In this document: in pieces, positions 1 through 9,198 of the stretch
Layout: each line of letters begins with the position of its first letter
Numbering within the stretch: the stretch's first letter is position 1
IMG/VR virus record: IMGVR_UViG_3300048838_001809
Length of the DNA: 64,000 bases
Direction: 5' to 3' (one strand)
Source: a virus
Position numbers and translations under genes: made by a program
Notes under the pieces: generated by a model
Databases searched by the model: none
Told to the model about the DNA's origin: nothing
What the model saw: the letters and a program-made list of their open reading frames with translations, nothing else

Positions 1-1932
1 TGCCCGCCCCAACTCACGCAAAAATGGCAGCGCGAGATCGAAGAAACTGTCCCCGGCGCTCAAGTTGTACAGCTCCGGTCGTTCCGGCAGCTCACTCGCC
101 TCGATCGTCGCTCGCGCCCGACTGGTCCTGAATACTGGATCGTCAAAGAGACGACCGCCAAAGACGGCGCGGCCTGGGAGCCGGCGTACACGATCTGGAA
201 AACCCGTAAGGGCTATTCAAAGGTTGACAAGTCGACTTGCCCGCAGTGCCCGAATTGCGGGCGGTTTATCCTCAACAAAAAGGGGTCGCCGATTCCGCCG
301 AGCGAGCTGGCCAAGCGTCGCCTCTTCTGTGTCGGCACCGAAGAAAGTCCAGGCTGTGGCTCGCCGCTGTGGACCTACAATGGCGTCACGAAGAAATGGG
401 CGCCAGCGGACTACATCAAAAAGCACCTGCGGGGATTCTTCGACTATCTGGTGGTCGACGAAATCCATGAAGAGAATTCGCCGACATCTGCCCGCGCCAA
501 CGCCATGGGCACGCTGGCCGCCGCTTGCCGCAAGGTGATCGGCCTGACTGGTACGCTCGTCGGCGGTTATGCGTGGCACCTGCGCACGCTGATCCTGCGC
601 ATCGCTCCACAATCCCTCACCGCCGAGGGTTTGCATTGGGGCAACGTGACGGACTTCAATCGCCGCTACGGCCGGATGGAAACAAAGGTCGTCACCACGA
701 GCGACGCCGCGAGCGCTGACAACAAGCGATCGAAGGGCTCGCAGCGCACGATCCAAAAGGCCATCCCTGGCATCATGCCTACGCTGTTCGGCCGCCACCT
801 GATCGACAAGTGCGTATTCCTCTCGCTGGACGAGTTGTCTGACAACTTGCCCACGTTCGAGGAAATCGTGATGCCGATCAAGATGGACCGCAAGCTCGCG
901 GAAGCCTACCAGGAAACCGAAGAGGCGTTGCGCATCGTCGTCAAGCAGATGATCGCTCGCAATGATCGTCGCCTGCTGTCCGCCATGCTTGATTGCCTGC
1001 TGACTTACCCGGACATGCCGTATGGCTGGGACGAAGTGGGCTATTGGCAAAAGGTCGAGACGCCCAAGGGTATCCAGAATCACTTCATTCCGGTGGTCCA
1101 ACCGCCGGACTTGGGTGAGTCCATCCGTGCGAAAGAGCAAGCCCTGGTCGAAACGATCCTGGCCGAGCATGGCGCCGGCCGGCAGTGCTGGGTGTACGTC
1201 ACTTGCACCAACAAGCACGATGTCGCTGGCCGCGTGGAGCGTGCCCTACGGGATGCCAAACTCAAGGCTCGCGTGCTGCGGTCATCCGTCAGCACCGATG
1301 CTCGCGAGGACTGGATTAACGAGCACGCGCCCAAGCTGGACGTGATCATTTCACATCCCCGGCTGGTCCGCACTGGGCTCGATCTGTTCGACAAGCGAGG
1401 GCGACACAACTTCCCCTCGTTGTTCTTTCACGAAACCGGCTACGACCTGTTCACGCTGCGGCAGGCCGCTCGCCGTTCATGGCGGATTGGCCAGCACCTG
1501 CCATGCAAGGTGTTCTACTCGTTCTATGCCGGCACCATGCAGGCCCGCGCGATGACGCTCATGGGACGCAAGCTCGTGGCGTCCGAAGCGATCGAGGGTA
1601 AATTTTCGTCCGAAGGGCTCGCGGCCATGTCGGGTGAAGACGACGAGTCGATGCAAATCGCTCTGGCTCGCTCGCTCGTCAACCGCATGGATGACATGGA
1701 CGCCGAGCGCGTCTGGTCGAAAGTCAGTCAGGTGCAAGGCAATGCTCACTTCAAGCCGCCGGCAGTGGCACCAGCCGCACCAGTGGCCGCATCATTGCCG
1801 CCTGCCAAGCCTGACAAAGCCGCTGGCCGTCAGCGAAAGCAGCAGCCGCAGCCGCAACCCGTCGTCGAGCAGTCCAAGCCGGCGGCACCCAAGCGGAAGA
1901 TCACGTTCCGCGAGAAGTTCTTGTTTGACTAA
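1..1932 (+). CDS. DEAD/DEAH-box (SNF2-like) DNA helicase, 5'-partial.
   Basis: Frame 1 is open from the window edge. Contains a motif II-like 'LVVDEIHE' and an SNF2 motif III-like 'GLTGT', then a helicase C-terminal region. A Cys-cluster insert (CPQCPNC...C..GC) is present, and the tail is low-complexity PAAP/PQP. Confidence 0.75.
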   Translation, partial: CPPQLTQKWQREIEETVPGAQVVQLRSFRQLTRLDRRSRPTGPEYWIVKETTAKDGAAWEPAYTIWKTRKGYSKVDKSTCPQCPNCGRFILNKKGSPIPPSELAKRRLFCVGTEESPGCGSPLWTYNGVTKKWAPADYIKKHLRGFFDYLVVDEIHEENSPTSARANAMGTLAAACRKVIGLTGTLVGGYAWHLRTLILRIAPQSLTAEGLHWGNVTDFNRRYGRMETKVVTTSDAASADNKRSKGSQRTIQKAIPGIMPTLFGRHLIDKCVFLSLDELSDNLPTFEEIVMPIKMDRKLAEAYQETEEALRIVVKQMIARNDRRLLSAMLDCLLTYPDMPYGWDEVGYWQKVETPKGIQNHFIPVVQPPDLGESIRAKEQALVETILAEHGAGRQCWVYVTCTNKHDVAGRVERALRDAKLKARVLRSSVSTDAREDWINEHAPKLDVIISHPRLVRTGLDLFDKRGRHNFPSLFFHETGYDLFTLRQAARRSWRIGQHLPCKVFYSFYAGTMQARAMTLMGRKLVASEAIEGKFSSEGLAAMSGEDDESMQIALARSLVNRMDDMDAERVWSKVSQVQGNAHFKPPAVAPAAPVAASLPPAKPDKAAGRQRKQQPQPQPVVEQSKPAAPKRKITFREKFLFD

Positions 1933-2028
1933 CCAATTCCAACACTAGGGGCTCCCGTCGACCTGGCGCGTCAGTTGTGGGCGCGCTGGGCGGCGGGAGT
2001 TTTTGTTTCTGCATCCGAAAGGAACCCA

Positions 2029-2277
2029 ATGGTCGCACCCTCACTCCAGTACCGCGTCAGCACGTTCCGCCTCGCCGGGATCGAAGCCAAGTGGGGCCGC
2101 ACCCGCAAACACGCACCGATCATTTTGGTGCGCAATCCCAACGCCAGCACCAAGCATCAGCGCGAAACATGGTGGGCCGTCCACCGGGACATGTTCGAGC
2201 GGATGCAGGAAGTTGGCGTGCTCCAGGCGTTCGACGAGCACACTGCCCTGGGTGATTTGTTTTCCATGCCGGTATAG
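2029..2277 (+). CDS. Hypothetical small protein. An alternative upstream start exists at 1975.
   Basis: ORF with strong GC3 bias. An AAAGGA site sits about 7 nt upstream of ATG 2029. Confidence 0.45.
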   Translation: MVAPSLQYRVSTFRLAGIEAKWGRTRKHAPIILVRNPNASTKHQRETWWAVHRDMFERMQEVGVLQAFDEHTALGDLFSMPV

Positions 2278-2353
2278 AATTTCCTGCACTATCAATTACG
2301 ATCGAAGTAGGGACACCGACGGCAGTGGCACCAACCAACACTGAGGAGGCACC

Positions 2354-2818
2354 ATGTTAAAGAGCATCAGCATCCACTTACTTTGGGCGGCCGTCGCCGC
2401 ATCATCAGCGGCTGGAGCCTACATTCTTGGCTTCCAGGACGCGATCGTGGAACGAGCGGAGAACTACAACATCGAACGCGAAAAGCTGCTCGATGGCGTG
2501 AAAGTCCAGCAAGTCACCTACCCAGCCGGCATGAGCAGGCTGTACCCGCACGAACTGACGTTCCAGACCATAGGGGATGTTACGATTGTGACAACCTACC
2601 TGGCGCTGGGTCCGGGGCGATGGGGCATTGACTCCAGCGTGCCCGAAGCGATCAACAGACTTCGCGAAACTGGCTGGGACGGCGACCGGGCGATCATCTT
2701 TCGCAATGAGCGGCCGGACAAGCTGAGTGAACCATGGCTTGACGGCGGCTACGTCCATTACTTCGGCACACTGACCATCGTAGACAGGATCGTCGATGGC
2801 AAGGAGGCAAACGAATAA
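2354..2818 (+). CDS. Hypothetical secreted protein.
   Basis: RBS GAGGAGG at 2344-2350. The N-terminus is hydrophobic and signal-peptide-like (LLWAAVAASSAAGA). Confidence 0.6.
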   Translation: MLKSISIHLLWAAVAASSAAGAYILGFQDAIVERAENYNIEREKLLDGVKVQQVTYPAGMSRLYPHELTFQTIGDVTIVTTYLALGPGRWGIDSSVPEAINRLRETGWDGDRAIIFRNERPDKLSEPWLDGGYVHYFGTLTIVDRIVDGKEANE

Positions 2819-2895
2819 CGATCCTCGATCGAGGCACCCGCCATCGAGCGGGTTTTTTTATGCGCTTTCCCAAAACCTAGTTCGGAGCCCAACCC

Positions 2896-3297
2896 ATGAT
2901 CGAACTTTACACGTCCTGTTTTTCTCGCATCCGCACGCTGCCGCCCTCGATCGAGCCCGTATCGATTGCCCGCTGGCCAGCCCGCAACTTTCGCGGCAGA
3001 CGCATCTACACCGTCGCGCCGCCGCCGCTGGCCATGAAAGCCAAAACGCACGAGGAGTACGATGCACTTTACTTTCCGATCTTCCATTCGCTCGACCCGC
3101 ACGCATTCCTCACCGAGCTGACCGCGGGCCTGGCACCAGGATGCGAAGCGATCGCCATGCTCTGCTTCTGCGAGCCATTGGACTACTGCCATCGTCGCTA
3201 CGTCGCCGAGTGGCTGGAGCAAAACATCGACGGCTTGATCATCCCGGAGTACGGCTTCGAGCGCGAGCAATGCGAGACATTCACCGAATGGACCTAG
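2896..3297 (+). CDS. DUF488-like protein.
   Basis: About 130 aa. The C-terminal motif 'MLCFCEPLDYCHRRYVAEWL' resembles the DUF488 (YeaO-like) signature 'LLCfc...CHR..la.wL'. Confidence 0.45.
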   Translation: MIELYTSCFSRIRTLPPSIEPVSIARWPARNFRGRRIYTVAPPPLAMKAKTHEEYDALYFPIFHSLDPHAFLTELTAGLAPGCEAIAMLCFCEPLDYCHRRYVAEWLEQNIDGLIIPEYGFEREQCETFTEWT

Positions 3298-3387
3298 CGC
3301 GCACCTTGCGCAGATCGTTGACGGATTTTCAAGTCCGCATCGATAATCATCGCCGTTGAATGCAGATACCAAGCTGCGAGTCAAGCA

Positions 3388-3744
3388 ATGGCAAAGAAAC
3401 GTCGTAAGAGCGAACCGAGCGTGGCTTACAAAGCCGGCCGCGCCGTTCGCAAGGTCATTGACACTGTGAAAGGAGTCAACGTGGCGAAGAAGAAAGCGAA
3501 GCCGAAGGCCGCTCCCAAAAAGAAGCCGGCCGCACCGAAGAAGAAGGCCGCCAAGAAAAAGGCAGCCGCACCGAAGAAGGCCGCGCCGAAGAAAAAGGCC
3601 GCGCCGAAGAAAAAGTCCGGCGGCAAGAAGTCCGGCGGCAAGGGTGGCCGCATGGCCAATCTCGTCAAGCGTCACGGCAAGCGAAAGCTGTCCTCGCTGA
3701 TCAAGTCTGGCCGCATCAACGCCAAGACCGGCGCCGGGCAGTAA
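3388..3744 (+). CDS. Histone H1-like / AlgP-like Lys-Ala-Pro repeat DNA-binding protein.
   Basis: 118 aa. About 60 residues of KKAAAPKK / AAPKKK tandem repeats flanked by basic ends. The DNA shows a tandem aagaaggccgcgccgaagaaaaag repeat. Confidence 0.65.
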   Translation: MAKKRRKSEPSVAYKAGRAVRKVIDTVKGVNVAKKKAKPKAAPKKKPAAPKKKAAKKKAAAPKKAAPKKKAAPKKKSGGKKSGGKGGRMANLVKRHGKRKLSSLIKSGRINAKTGAGQ

Positions 3745-3780
3745 GCCTCTCGCGTCCGTCTCTTCAACTCGACTGTTTCG

Positions 3781-3824
3781 CCAGGATCGCATCTAACTCA
3801 TGCGATCCTGGCTGCTCTTTTTTT
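3781..3824 (+). terminator. Rho-independent terminator.
   Basis: Stems ccaggatcgcat / atgcgatcctgg (12 bp), followed by a T7 run. Confidence 0.6.
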
Positions 3825-3846
3825 GTGCGCGTTCGGGGCTTCACCG

Positions 3847-4566
3847 ATGGCTGTCGTATTCGACCAGACCATTAAGCGTCTGGTCCGTCTCGCCAAAGAG
3901 CACGACTCGATCCTCGTCAGCTACTCCGGCGGCAAGGATTCGCTGTGCGTGATGGACCTGTGCTGCTCTCTCTTCGCGCGCGTTGAAGCGTTTCACATGT
4001 TTTTCGTGCCGGGCCTGGCCCACGTCGAAGAACGCCTGGAGTACGCTCGCCAGCGATGGAAAATCGACATCCGCCAGTATCCGCACTGGGGCATGCTGCA
4101 ATGCCTCAAGCACGGCACCTACCGCTTCCCGGACCCCGCGTTCGCCTCGATGCCCGACCTGAATGTCCATGACATCGAGCGGCTGGCCCTCTCTGACGCC
4201 AAATGCTCGATCGTGGCCCATGGTGGCAAGATGTCCGATTCGCTCTGGCGTCGCCGGACGATGAAAGCGCTCTCGAAGTCTCACCAGGAACGCATCTATC
4301 CGATCGAGAAATGGAACAAGTGGCACGTTCTCGCCTATTTGCAATCCAAGAAAATCCCCGTCCCATCGTCGGACGGGGCAACTTCTGGCGGTCTGGGGTT
4401 GACGGTTTCGAGCGTACTGTGGCTATATGATTCCTTCCCGGAGGATTACGAGAAAATCCGGCTTGTCTATCCATTCGTTGAAGCAATTGTTAAGCGTCGT
4501 GATTGGTATGGAATTGGAACGCATGCAGCAGCAAAAGACCGTGCCCGTCCAGTACAGGCCGATTAA
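3847..4566 (+). CDS. PAPS reductase / PP-loop ATP pyrophosphatase family protein.
   Basis: SGGKDS PP-loop motif near the N-terminus. Phage proteins of this family are typically paired with a ParB-like nuclease. Start chosen downstream of the terminator; the track ORF starts at 3823. Confidence 0.7.
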   Translation: MAVVFDQTIKRLVRLAKEHDSILVSYSGGKDSLCVMDLCCSLFARVEAFHMFFVPGLAHVEERLEYARQRWKIDIRQYPHWGMLQCLKHGTYRFPDPAFASMPDLNVHDIERLALSDAKCSIVAHGGKMSDSLWRRRTMKALSKSHQERIYPIEKWNKWHVLAYLQSKKIPVPSSDGATSGGLGLTVSSVLWLYDSFPEDYEKIRLVYPFVEAIVKRRDWYGIGTHAAAKDRARPVQAD

Positions 4567-5083
4567 GCGGTTCCCTGGCTATAGGGCAGGCGATGATGGC
4601 TCTGTTTGGAGCTGCCGGAAAGTCAGGGGCAAAAAAGGTGGTGGCTGCGAATCTTATTTAAGTGATACGTGGCATCAGCTTCGTCCAATTAAAACATCAG
4701 GCGGGTACTACCGAGTCAGCCTGTGTCGCGATGGCAAGAAAATACTTTGTTTGGTTCATCGCCTTATTCTCGAAGCATTCGTTGGTCCGTGTCCGCCGGG
4801 TCAGGAGTGTCGTCATAAGGATGGCGATAAGTCCGACAATCGGTTAAGCGAAATCAAGTGGGGCACGCCAATGGAGAATTATCGAGATCGAATCAGGCAT
4901 AACACTCAGACTCGACACAACAAGGGCGAACTAAACGGCAGCGCCATTCTGACCACAGCTAAGGCGAGTGAGATTCGCCGCAAATATGCCGTTGGCGACA
5001 TGAGTTACGCAATGCTCGGCCGTGAGTTTGGTGTCAGTGCTGCAACGATCGCCAACGTAATCAGAGGCAGAACATGGAACTAA
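4508..5083 (+). CDS. HNH homing endonuclease.
   Basis: Motif 'HKDGDKSDNRLSEIKWGTPMEN' (HNH_3). The N-terminus 'FPGYRAGDDGSVWS' is NUMOD4-like. There is a C-terminal HTH-like tail. Local GC drops sharply over 4560-4960. Overlaps the 3' end of the upstream gene. Confidence 0.7.
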   Translation: MELERMQQQKTVPVQYRPIKRFPGYRAGDDGSVWSCRKVRGKKGGGCESYLSDTWHQLRPIKTSGGYYRVSLCRDGKKILCLVHRLILEAFVGPCPPGQECRHKDGDKSDNRLSEIKWGTPMENYRDRIRHNTQTRHNKGELNGSAILTTAKASEIRRKYAVGDMSYAMLGREFGVSAATIANVIRGRTWN

Positions 5084-6216
5084 CTGACGAGACGAAGGCC
5101 AGGAAGCCCCGCAAGGCGAAGCAGCAGCCGCCTCAGCCGCCCAGTGAGGCCGGAGAGCCAGTCGTTGGCACCGGGGAGCCCGCAGAAGCCCCACAGCCAT
5201 CACACGACGATCACACAGGCAGCCCACAGGCCGAGCCCGCAGAAGCCGCCGGCGACCCCTCTCCCTCTGAAACACCCTCTCCAGCCGCCGCGAAGTCCTC
5301 GCGCGCTAAAGACACTGCGCCCGCCGCGCTGACCGAGCTGGAGAAATTCACGTTCGAGGTCAAGCACCGGCGCGATCTCAAGCCGCACCCGAAAAACCCG
5401 AAAACCATCACGTCCAAGGCCCGCAAGAAGCTCCAATCGACGATCAAGCGCGTCGGCCTGATCGAGCCGATCGTCTGGAACAAACGCAACGGCTATCTCG
5501 TCGGCGGCCACCAGCGTCTCTCGATCATGGATTCGCACCACAAGGGGACCAACTACCGGCTGCACGTCGCCGTGGTCGACATGGACGAAAAAACTCACCT
5601 GGAAACCATGACCGCACTTTCCAACGCGCTCATGCAAGGCGAGTACGATCAAGACAAACTGAAATCTCTCTTCGCCGATGACAAGATCGGCATCGAGGAA
5701 GCGGGCTTTGACCTGGGCGAATACTACCGCCTCTTTGGCGACGAAGGATTCGAGGATCGCGCGCCTGACTTAGAGGACTTGGCCGAGAGAATCCGCGAGG
5801 CGACCGACCGCACCCAGAAGCAAGTCTCTTCCACCGGGGACCGCGACGATCCAGGCTTCTATGCCGTGCTCGTTTTCAAAGATCGCATTCAACGCGATGC
5901 CTTTGCCTGCGCGCTGGACCAAGGGACCGAGCAGGACCGCACGATCATCGACGGCCGCGGCGTGTTCGATTCGCTCTGCGCCATGCGCGTCATCCAGGCC
6001 GACCCGAAAAAGGCCGAAGAGCAACCCTATTCATCGATCCCTTGCTGCGATCGCTGCGGCGGCGCCCATGGTTACATTCCGATTCGCGAAATGACCGTGC
6101 CGACCGACACGCACAATTTCTGGGCTCTCTGCCCGGAAACGGGCGACCCGGTGTTCCTGTACTTTGACCCCGACGAAACAGAAGACGAAAACGATGGCGA
6201 AGACGAAGAAGAATAA
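5074..6216 (+). CDS. ParB-like nuclease-domain protein.
   Basis: 'HPKNPKTI...GLIEPIVWNKRNGYLVGGHQRL' matches the ParB N-domain. The N-terminal 100 aa are a low-complexity Pro/Glu/Ala linker. The C-terminus has a Cys cluster and an acidic tail. Confidence 0.6.
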   Translation: MELTDETKARKPRKAKQQPPQPPSEAGEPVVGTGEPAEAPQPSHDDHTGSPQAEPAEAAGDPSPSETPSPAAAKSSRAKDTAPAALTELEKFTFEVKHRRDLKPHPKNPKTITSKARKKLQSTIKRVGLIEPIVWNKRNGYLVGGHQRLSIMDSHHKGTNYRLHVAVVDMDEKTHLETMTALSNALMQGEYDQDKLKSLFADDKIGIEEAGFDLGEYYRLFGDEGFEDRAPDLEDLAERIREATDRTQKQVSSTGDRDDPGFYAVLVFKDRIQRDAFACALDQGTEQDRTIIDGRGVFDSLCAMRVIQADPKKAEEQPYSSIPCCDRCGGAHGYIPIREMTVPTDTHNFWALCPETGDPVFLYFDPDETEDENDGEDEEE

Positions 6217-6718
6217 CCCCCGCGCGCGCTTCACCGACCCCGATGGCCGCGGCACGGACGACTATCTCTACTCGAATTTTGAAATCATCACCACGCCCAA
6301 CGCTGGCCGTTCTGTGATCGCCCTGCGCGATTTTCTCCCGGACGAGCTGGTCATGCGAATCTACGGCCGGCTGATTCCAGACACCAAGCGATCGCCCTAT
6401 GGCTCGCATTACTGCATGGAACTGGACGATCATCGCATGATCCTGGAGCCCTACATGCCGGGGGGCCTGGTCAACCACTCCTGCTCGCCGAACTGCATCC
6501 AGAACACCAATCCCAACATCCCACACTGTTGGGAGTTGCGCGCTCTGTGCTTCATCGCTACCGGGCAGGAATTGTGCTACGACTACGGCTGGCCGTTTCA
6601 AGGGGAGTTCCCGAAATGTCACTGTGGCTCGTATAACTGCCGGGGCTACATTGTGTCCGAAGAGGACTTGCCGAAGTTGCTGGCCGCCAAGCGAAGGAAA
6701 AAGGCGAAGCGAAGATGA
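6194..6718 (+). CDS. SET-domain protein-lysine methyltransferase.
   Basis: SET signatures 'NHSCSPNC' and 'ELCYDYG', plus a post-SET 'CHCGSYNCRG'. A basic KKNNPR N-terminus and KRRKKAKRR C-terminus. An alternative start exists at 6164. Confidence 0.75.
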   Translation: MAKTKKNNPRARFTDPDGRGTDDYLYSNFEIITTPNAGRSVIALRDFLPDELVMRIYGRLIPDTKRSPYGSHYCMELDDHRMILEPYMPGGLVNHSCSPNCIQNTNPNIPHCWELRALCFIATGQELCYDYGWPFQGEFPKCHCGSYNCRGYIVSEEDLPKLLAAKRRKKAKRR

Positions 6719-6891
6719 TCGACTTGCTTTTGCGGATCAACACAAGACTCGGTGTGTTTGATCTGAATTCCGATCGTGGTCGCTGTGGTTTTTTCTACGC
6801 ACTAGGAATTGCAGTCGGTATCGCGGTTGGCACGTTCATCGTGTCGCCGTTTTTGATCTGCATGTTTATTTTGCAATCGAGGTCGCCGTGA
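6715..6891 (+). CDS. Small membrane protein, 58 aa. Below the ORF-track cutoff.
   Basis: ATGA overlap with the SET gene stop, and its stop overlaps the next GTG start. One TM helix (FYALGIAVGIAVGTFIVSPFLICMFIL). Confidence 0.3.
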   Translation: MIDLLLRINTRLGVFDLNSDRGRCGFFYALGIAVGIAVGTFIVSPFLICMFILQSRSP

Positions 6892-7103
6892 AAAACTGGT
6901 GCGATCAATGTCGGAGCAGCGGCACCATGCCGGACCCATCGGCCCGCTGGTGGCAGTTCTGGCGTCGCGTGCCATGCAAGGTATGTGGTGGTGATGGAAT
7001 CTCCAAGCCGCCTGGGTGGCCTGATCGCGAGGCAATGAAGTCACTCCGGCCGACTCCTTCGCCGCCGCCGCCGCCGATCAAGGTTTACCAGGGCAATGCG
7101 TGA
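6888..7103 (+). CDS. Small zinc-ribbon protein.
   Basis: GTG start. Two CxxC pairs (CDQC...CKVCGG) and a PPPPP tail. Confidence 0.4.
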   Translation: MKNWCDQCRSSGTMPDPSARWWQFWRRVPCKVCGGDGISKPPGWPDREAMKSLRPTPSPPPPPIKVYQGNA

Positions 7104-7633
7104 TGACCGAGCCGATCACCGACCCCCAGACTGGTCACAAGTATGTCACCACGAAGGACGGGAAGGTACGCACCCCCAAGTCCACGGCGAAGGATGTCAA
7201 CGAGCGGGTGGCTGCTTGCGCGGACATGCTGGCGAGGCACTTTCATAAGCATCAGATCAAGGCGATGCTGAAGCAGAAATACGGCGTGGGTGGTCGTCAG
7301 GCCGAAACGTACATTTCTCGCGCGAGAGATTATTTGCTATCCCTCGCCGACGAAGGCCCGCGTGAGCTTGTCGCCAACGTGCTCGCCTCGCTGCGAACCG
7401 TGATCCGGCAATCCGACTCTGGTATGGAAGTGATTGCCGCCAACGCCGAGATTTGCAAGCTGTTCGGGCTCTACAAGCCAGTCAAGATCGCCCCGACCAC
7501 GCCCGATGGAAGTCAACCGTACGCCCTCGCGGAGCGGGTGGCGCAATCACTCACAGATGAACAACTCCAATCGCTGTTCCTGTTGAAGCAACAGATCGAC
7601 AAGGCGCAGCAGATTGAACACAAGCCGGAATGA
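7100..7633 (+). CDS. Hypothetical protein.
   Basis: ATGA overlap with the upstream gene. Good GC3 bias. Confidence 0.5.
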   Translation: MMTEPITDPQTGHKYVTTKDGKVRTPKSTAKDVNERVAACADMLARHFHKHQIKAMLKQKYGVGGRQAETYISRARDYLLSLADEGPRELVANVLASLRTVIRQSDSGMEVIAANAEICKLFGLYKPVKIAPTTPDGSQPYALAERVAQSLTDEQLQSLFLLKQQIDKAQQIEHKPE

Positions 7634-7830
7634 CTATGCGTTGTGCCAACTGCGGCGCCAGGTGCAGCCGCGACGAACTAAAGCAGTGCGATGATTGCCT
7701 CGAATTCATCTGCGAGGCATGCTGCGCGGAGTTTCCGCATCACGATCCGCCGCACAATCGCTGCGGGGATTGCTACGAGCGGCTGGGGCCAAGGGAGTTA
7801 AGCAAGCGCAAGCACAAGCAATGCCGCTAA
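7630..7830 (+). CDS. Small Cys-rich zinc-binding protein.
   Basis: Multiple CxxC motifs (CANCGARC, CDDC, CEAC, CGDC). ATGA overlap. Confidence 0.4.
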   Translation: MTMRCANCGARCSRDELKQCDDCLEFICEACCAEFPHHDPPHNRCGDCYERLGPRELSKRKHKQCR

Positions 7831-8171
7831 CGAGTCGCCTGCTCCGTGGAGTCGCTGACACCAGGCTTGAGCGATTTTCTCACGGACCTACCGATTGCCC
7901 TGGCCCACGGCGAATCAATCCGTTCGCCGGCAATTTGCCCGCACACCGAGCAGCGATAGGGCATCGTTGAATAGGCATTCAGCGCTGCGTGCAAAATCCA
8001 GAACGGCAGCCACAGTCCGCACATCAAGAGCGCCAGCCCTAGGTGTAGTACGTGCGGAACTTCGTAGGTGTCGCGGGTGTGCAGCGACACCTGTTGACAC
8101 CGATAGCAATAACTCTGCTTCTGTTGGTGTGCCATTTCGTTCCCCTCCATTAAGTGCCGGAGCCACTGCAT
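7827..8171 (-). CDS. Zinc-ribbon membrane protein. It is the only minus-strand gene in the left 60 kb.
   Basis: CYRC...central TM helix...CSVCG. Both overlapping +strand ORFs are Arg/Ala-rich artefacts. Upstream is an AT-rich divergent intergenic region. Confidence 0.5.
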   Translation of the reverse strand: MQWLRHLMEGNEMAHQQKQSYCYRCQQVSLHTRDTYEVPHVLHLGLALLMCGLWLPFWILHAALNAYSTMPYRCSVCGQIAGERIDSPWARAIGRSVRKSLKPGVSDSTEQATR

Positions 8172-8342
8172 CGATTATACCTAACCCCGTTATCAGCAAC
8201 GATTAAAAAATCTTGTTGACAGTTTTGATAACAGTCGGCCATATTCTGCCCTCGCGACGGCGGCGACCAGCCGCGTTCGGGCGATCAAGGACAAAGCTTC
8301 CCGCCGCCGTCGCTTTCCTCCGCGTCCTAGGGGGCCAGTAAT
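8172..8342. promoter_or_regulatory. Divergent regulatory region with a sigma70-like promoter candidate and a 12-bp inverted repeat.
   Basis: TTGACA at about 8215, then 17 nt, then a catatt-like -10. Perfect inverted repeat gcgacggcggcg (8263-8274) / cgccgccgtcgc (8305-8316). AT-rich relative to its surroundings. Confidence 0.35.
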
Positions 8343-8759
8343 ATGGTCGATCTTCTCCTTGCTATCCGCCGCTACACGGCCTGGACCAACTCACCGAAGT
8401 ACACTCGGCATGCCGCGATTTCCGGTAAATTCCGACAGGCCATTGGCGTTGAAATCGCCAAGCTCCAGAATCAGCCGTCGCTCTCAAAAGACCTGGCCGC
8501 CAAGCTCGCCGCGCTCCGCGAGCTGCTGCACGAATCGCTGACCGATGAGCCGGCGGCCGTCAAGCAGATCGCCGCGATCGCCGAGCAGTTCGTGCTCCAG
8601 TTGCCCGAATCGCTCCAGCGCAGGCTGGCCGAGCCGGAGCCGGAGCAATCCAATCTGCCCGCCGAGACTGGCGATTTCATTCCGACCGAGTTCAGCTCGC
8701 CGCCGGAAGCACGCAATCCCTATCCAGGGTCGCTGCCGCGCAGGAATCACGATGGCTGA
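8343..8759 (+). CDS. Hypothetical protein.
   Basis: ORF with GC3 bias. First + gene after the divergent region. Confidence 0.55.
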   Translation: MVDLLLAIRRYTAWTNSPKYTRHAAISGKFRQAIGVEIAKLQNQPSLSKDLAAKLAALRELLHESLTDEPAAVKQIAAIAEQFVLQLPESLQRRLAEPEPEQSNLPAETGDFIPTEFSSPPEARNPYPGSLPRRNHDG

Positions 8760-9198
8760 CAGCAACATTCGCACGTTCATGGCCATTCCTGTTCGCGGGC
8801 CGTGCGGCGGCATCTATCACGGAGGGTTCGAGGAAATCATGGACGACCAAGCCGTCACGAAGTTCGACACCGGAGCCGTTCGCGGCAGCAGCCCCAAGGC
8901 TCGCCTCGATCTGATCAGCCCTGTCGGCCTGCGTCGCGTCGGCAATGCCTGTGCGGAAGGGGCCGTGAAGTACCCGCCGCACAACTGGAAAAAGGGCATG
9001 CCCGCCAGCGTGTTGATCAACCACGCGCTGGAGCATATCGCCAGCTATCTGGAAGGGAAGACGGAAGAGGACGATCTGGGTCATGCGATTTGGAACCTGA
9101 TGACGCTGTGCCACTTCGAGGAAAAAATGCCGCACCTGATCGACATCCCGGAGCGGCCGGAGTACGAGCACTACCTGAAAGCACAGTCGACTCAATGA
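8752..9198 (+). CDS. dATP/dGTP pyrophosphohydrolase-like (DUF5664-type) phage protein.
   Basis: 'KARLDLISPVGLRRVGNACAEGAVKYPPHNWKKG' resembles the conserved 'KPRYDLIPPEAL...GA.KYGD.NWEKG' N-terminal domain. ATGgcTGA overlap with the upstream gene. Confidence 0.45.
   Translation: MADSNIRTFMAIPVRGPCGGIYHGGFEEIMDDQAVTKFDTGAVRGSSPKARLDLISPVGLRRVGNACAEGAVKYPPHNWKKGMPASVLINHALEHIASYLEGKTEEDDLGHAIWNLMTLCHFEEKMPHLIDIPERPEYEHYLKAQSTQ

Noticed and set aside
2758-3792. 344-aa minus-strand ORF overlapping the DUF488-like and H1-like genes.
   Set aside because: The protein is a low-complexity Leu/Arg/Gly string. It is the reverse complement of the Lys/Ala-repeat coding region. It is non-coding.
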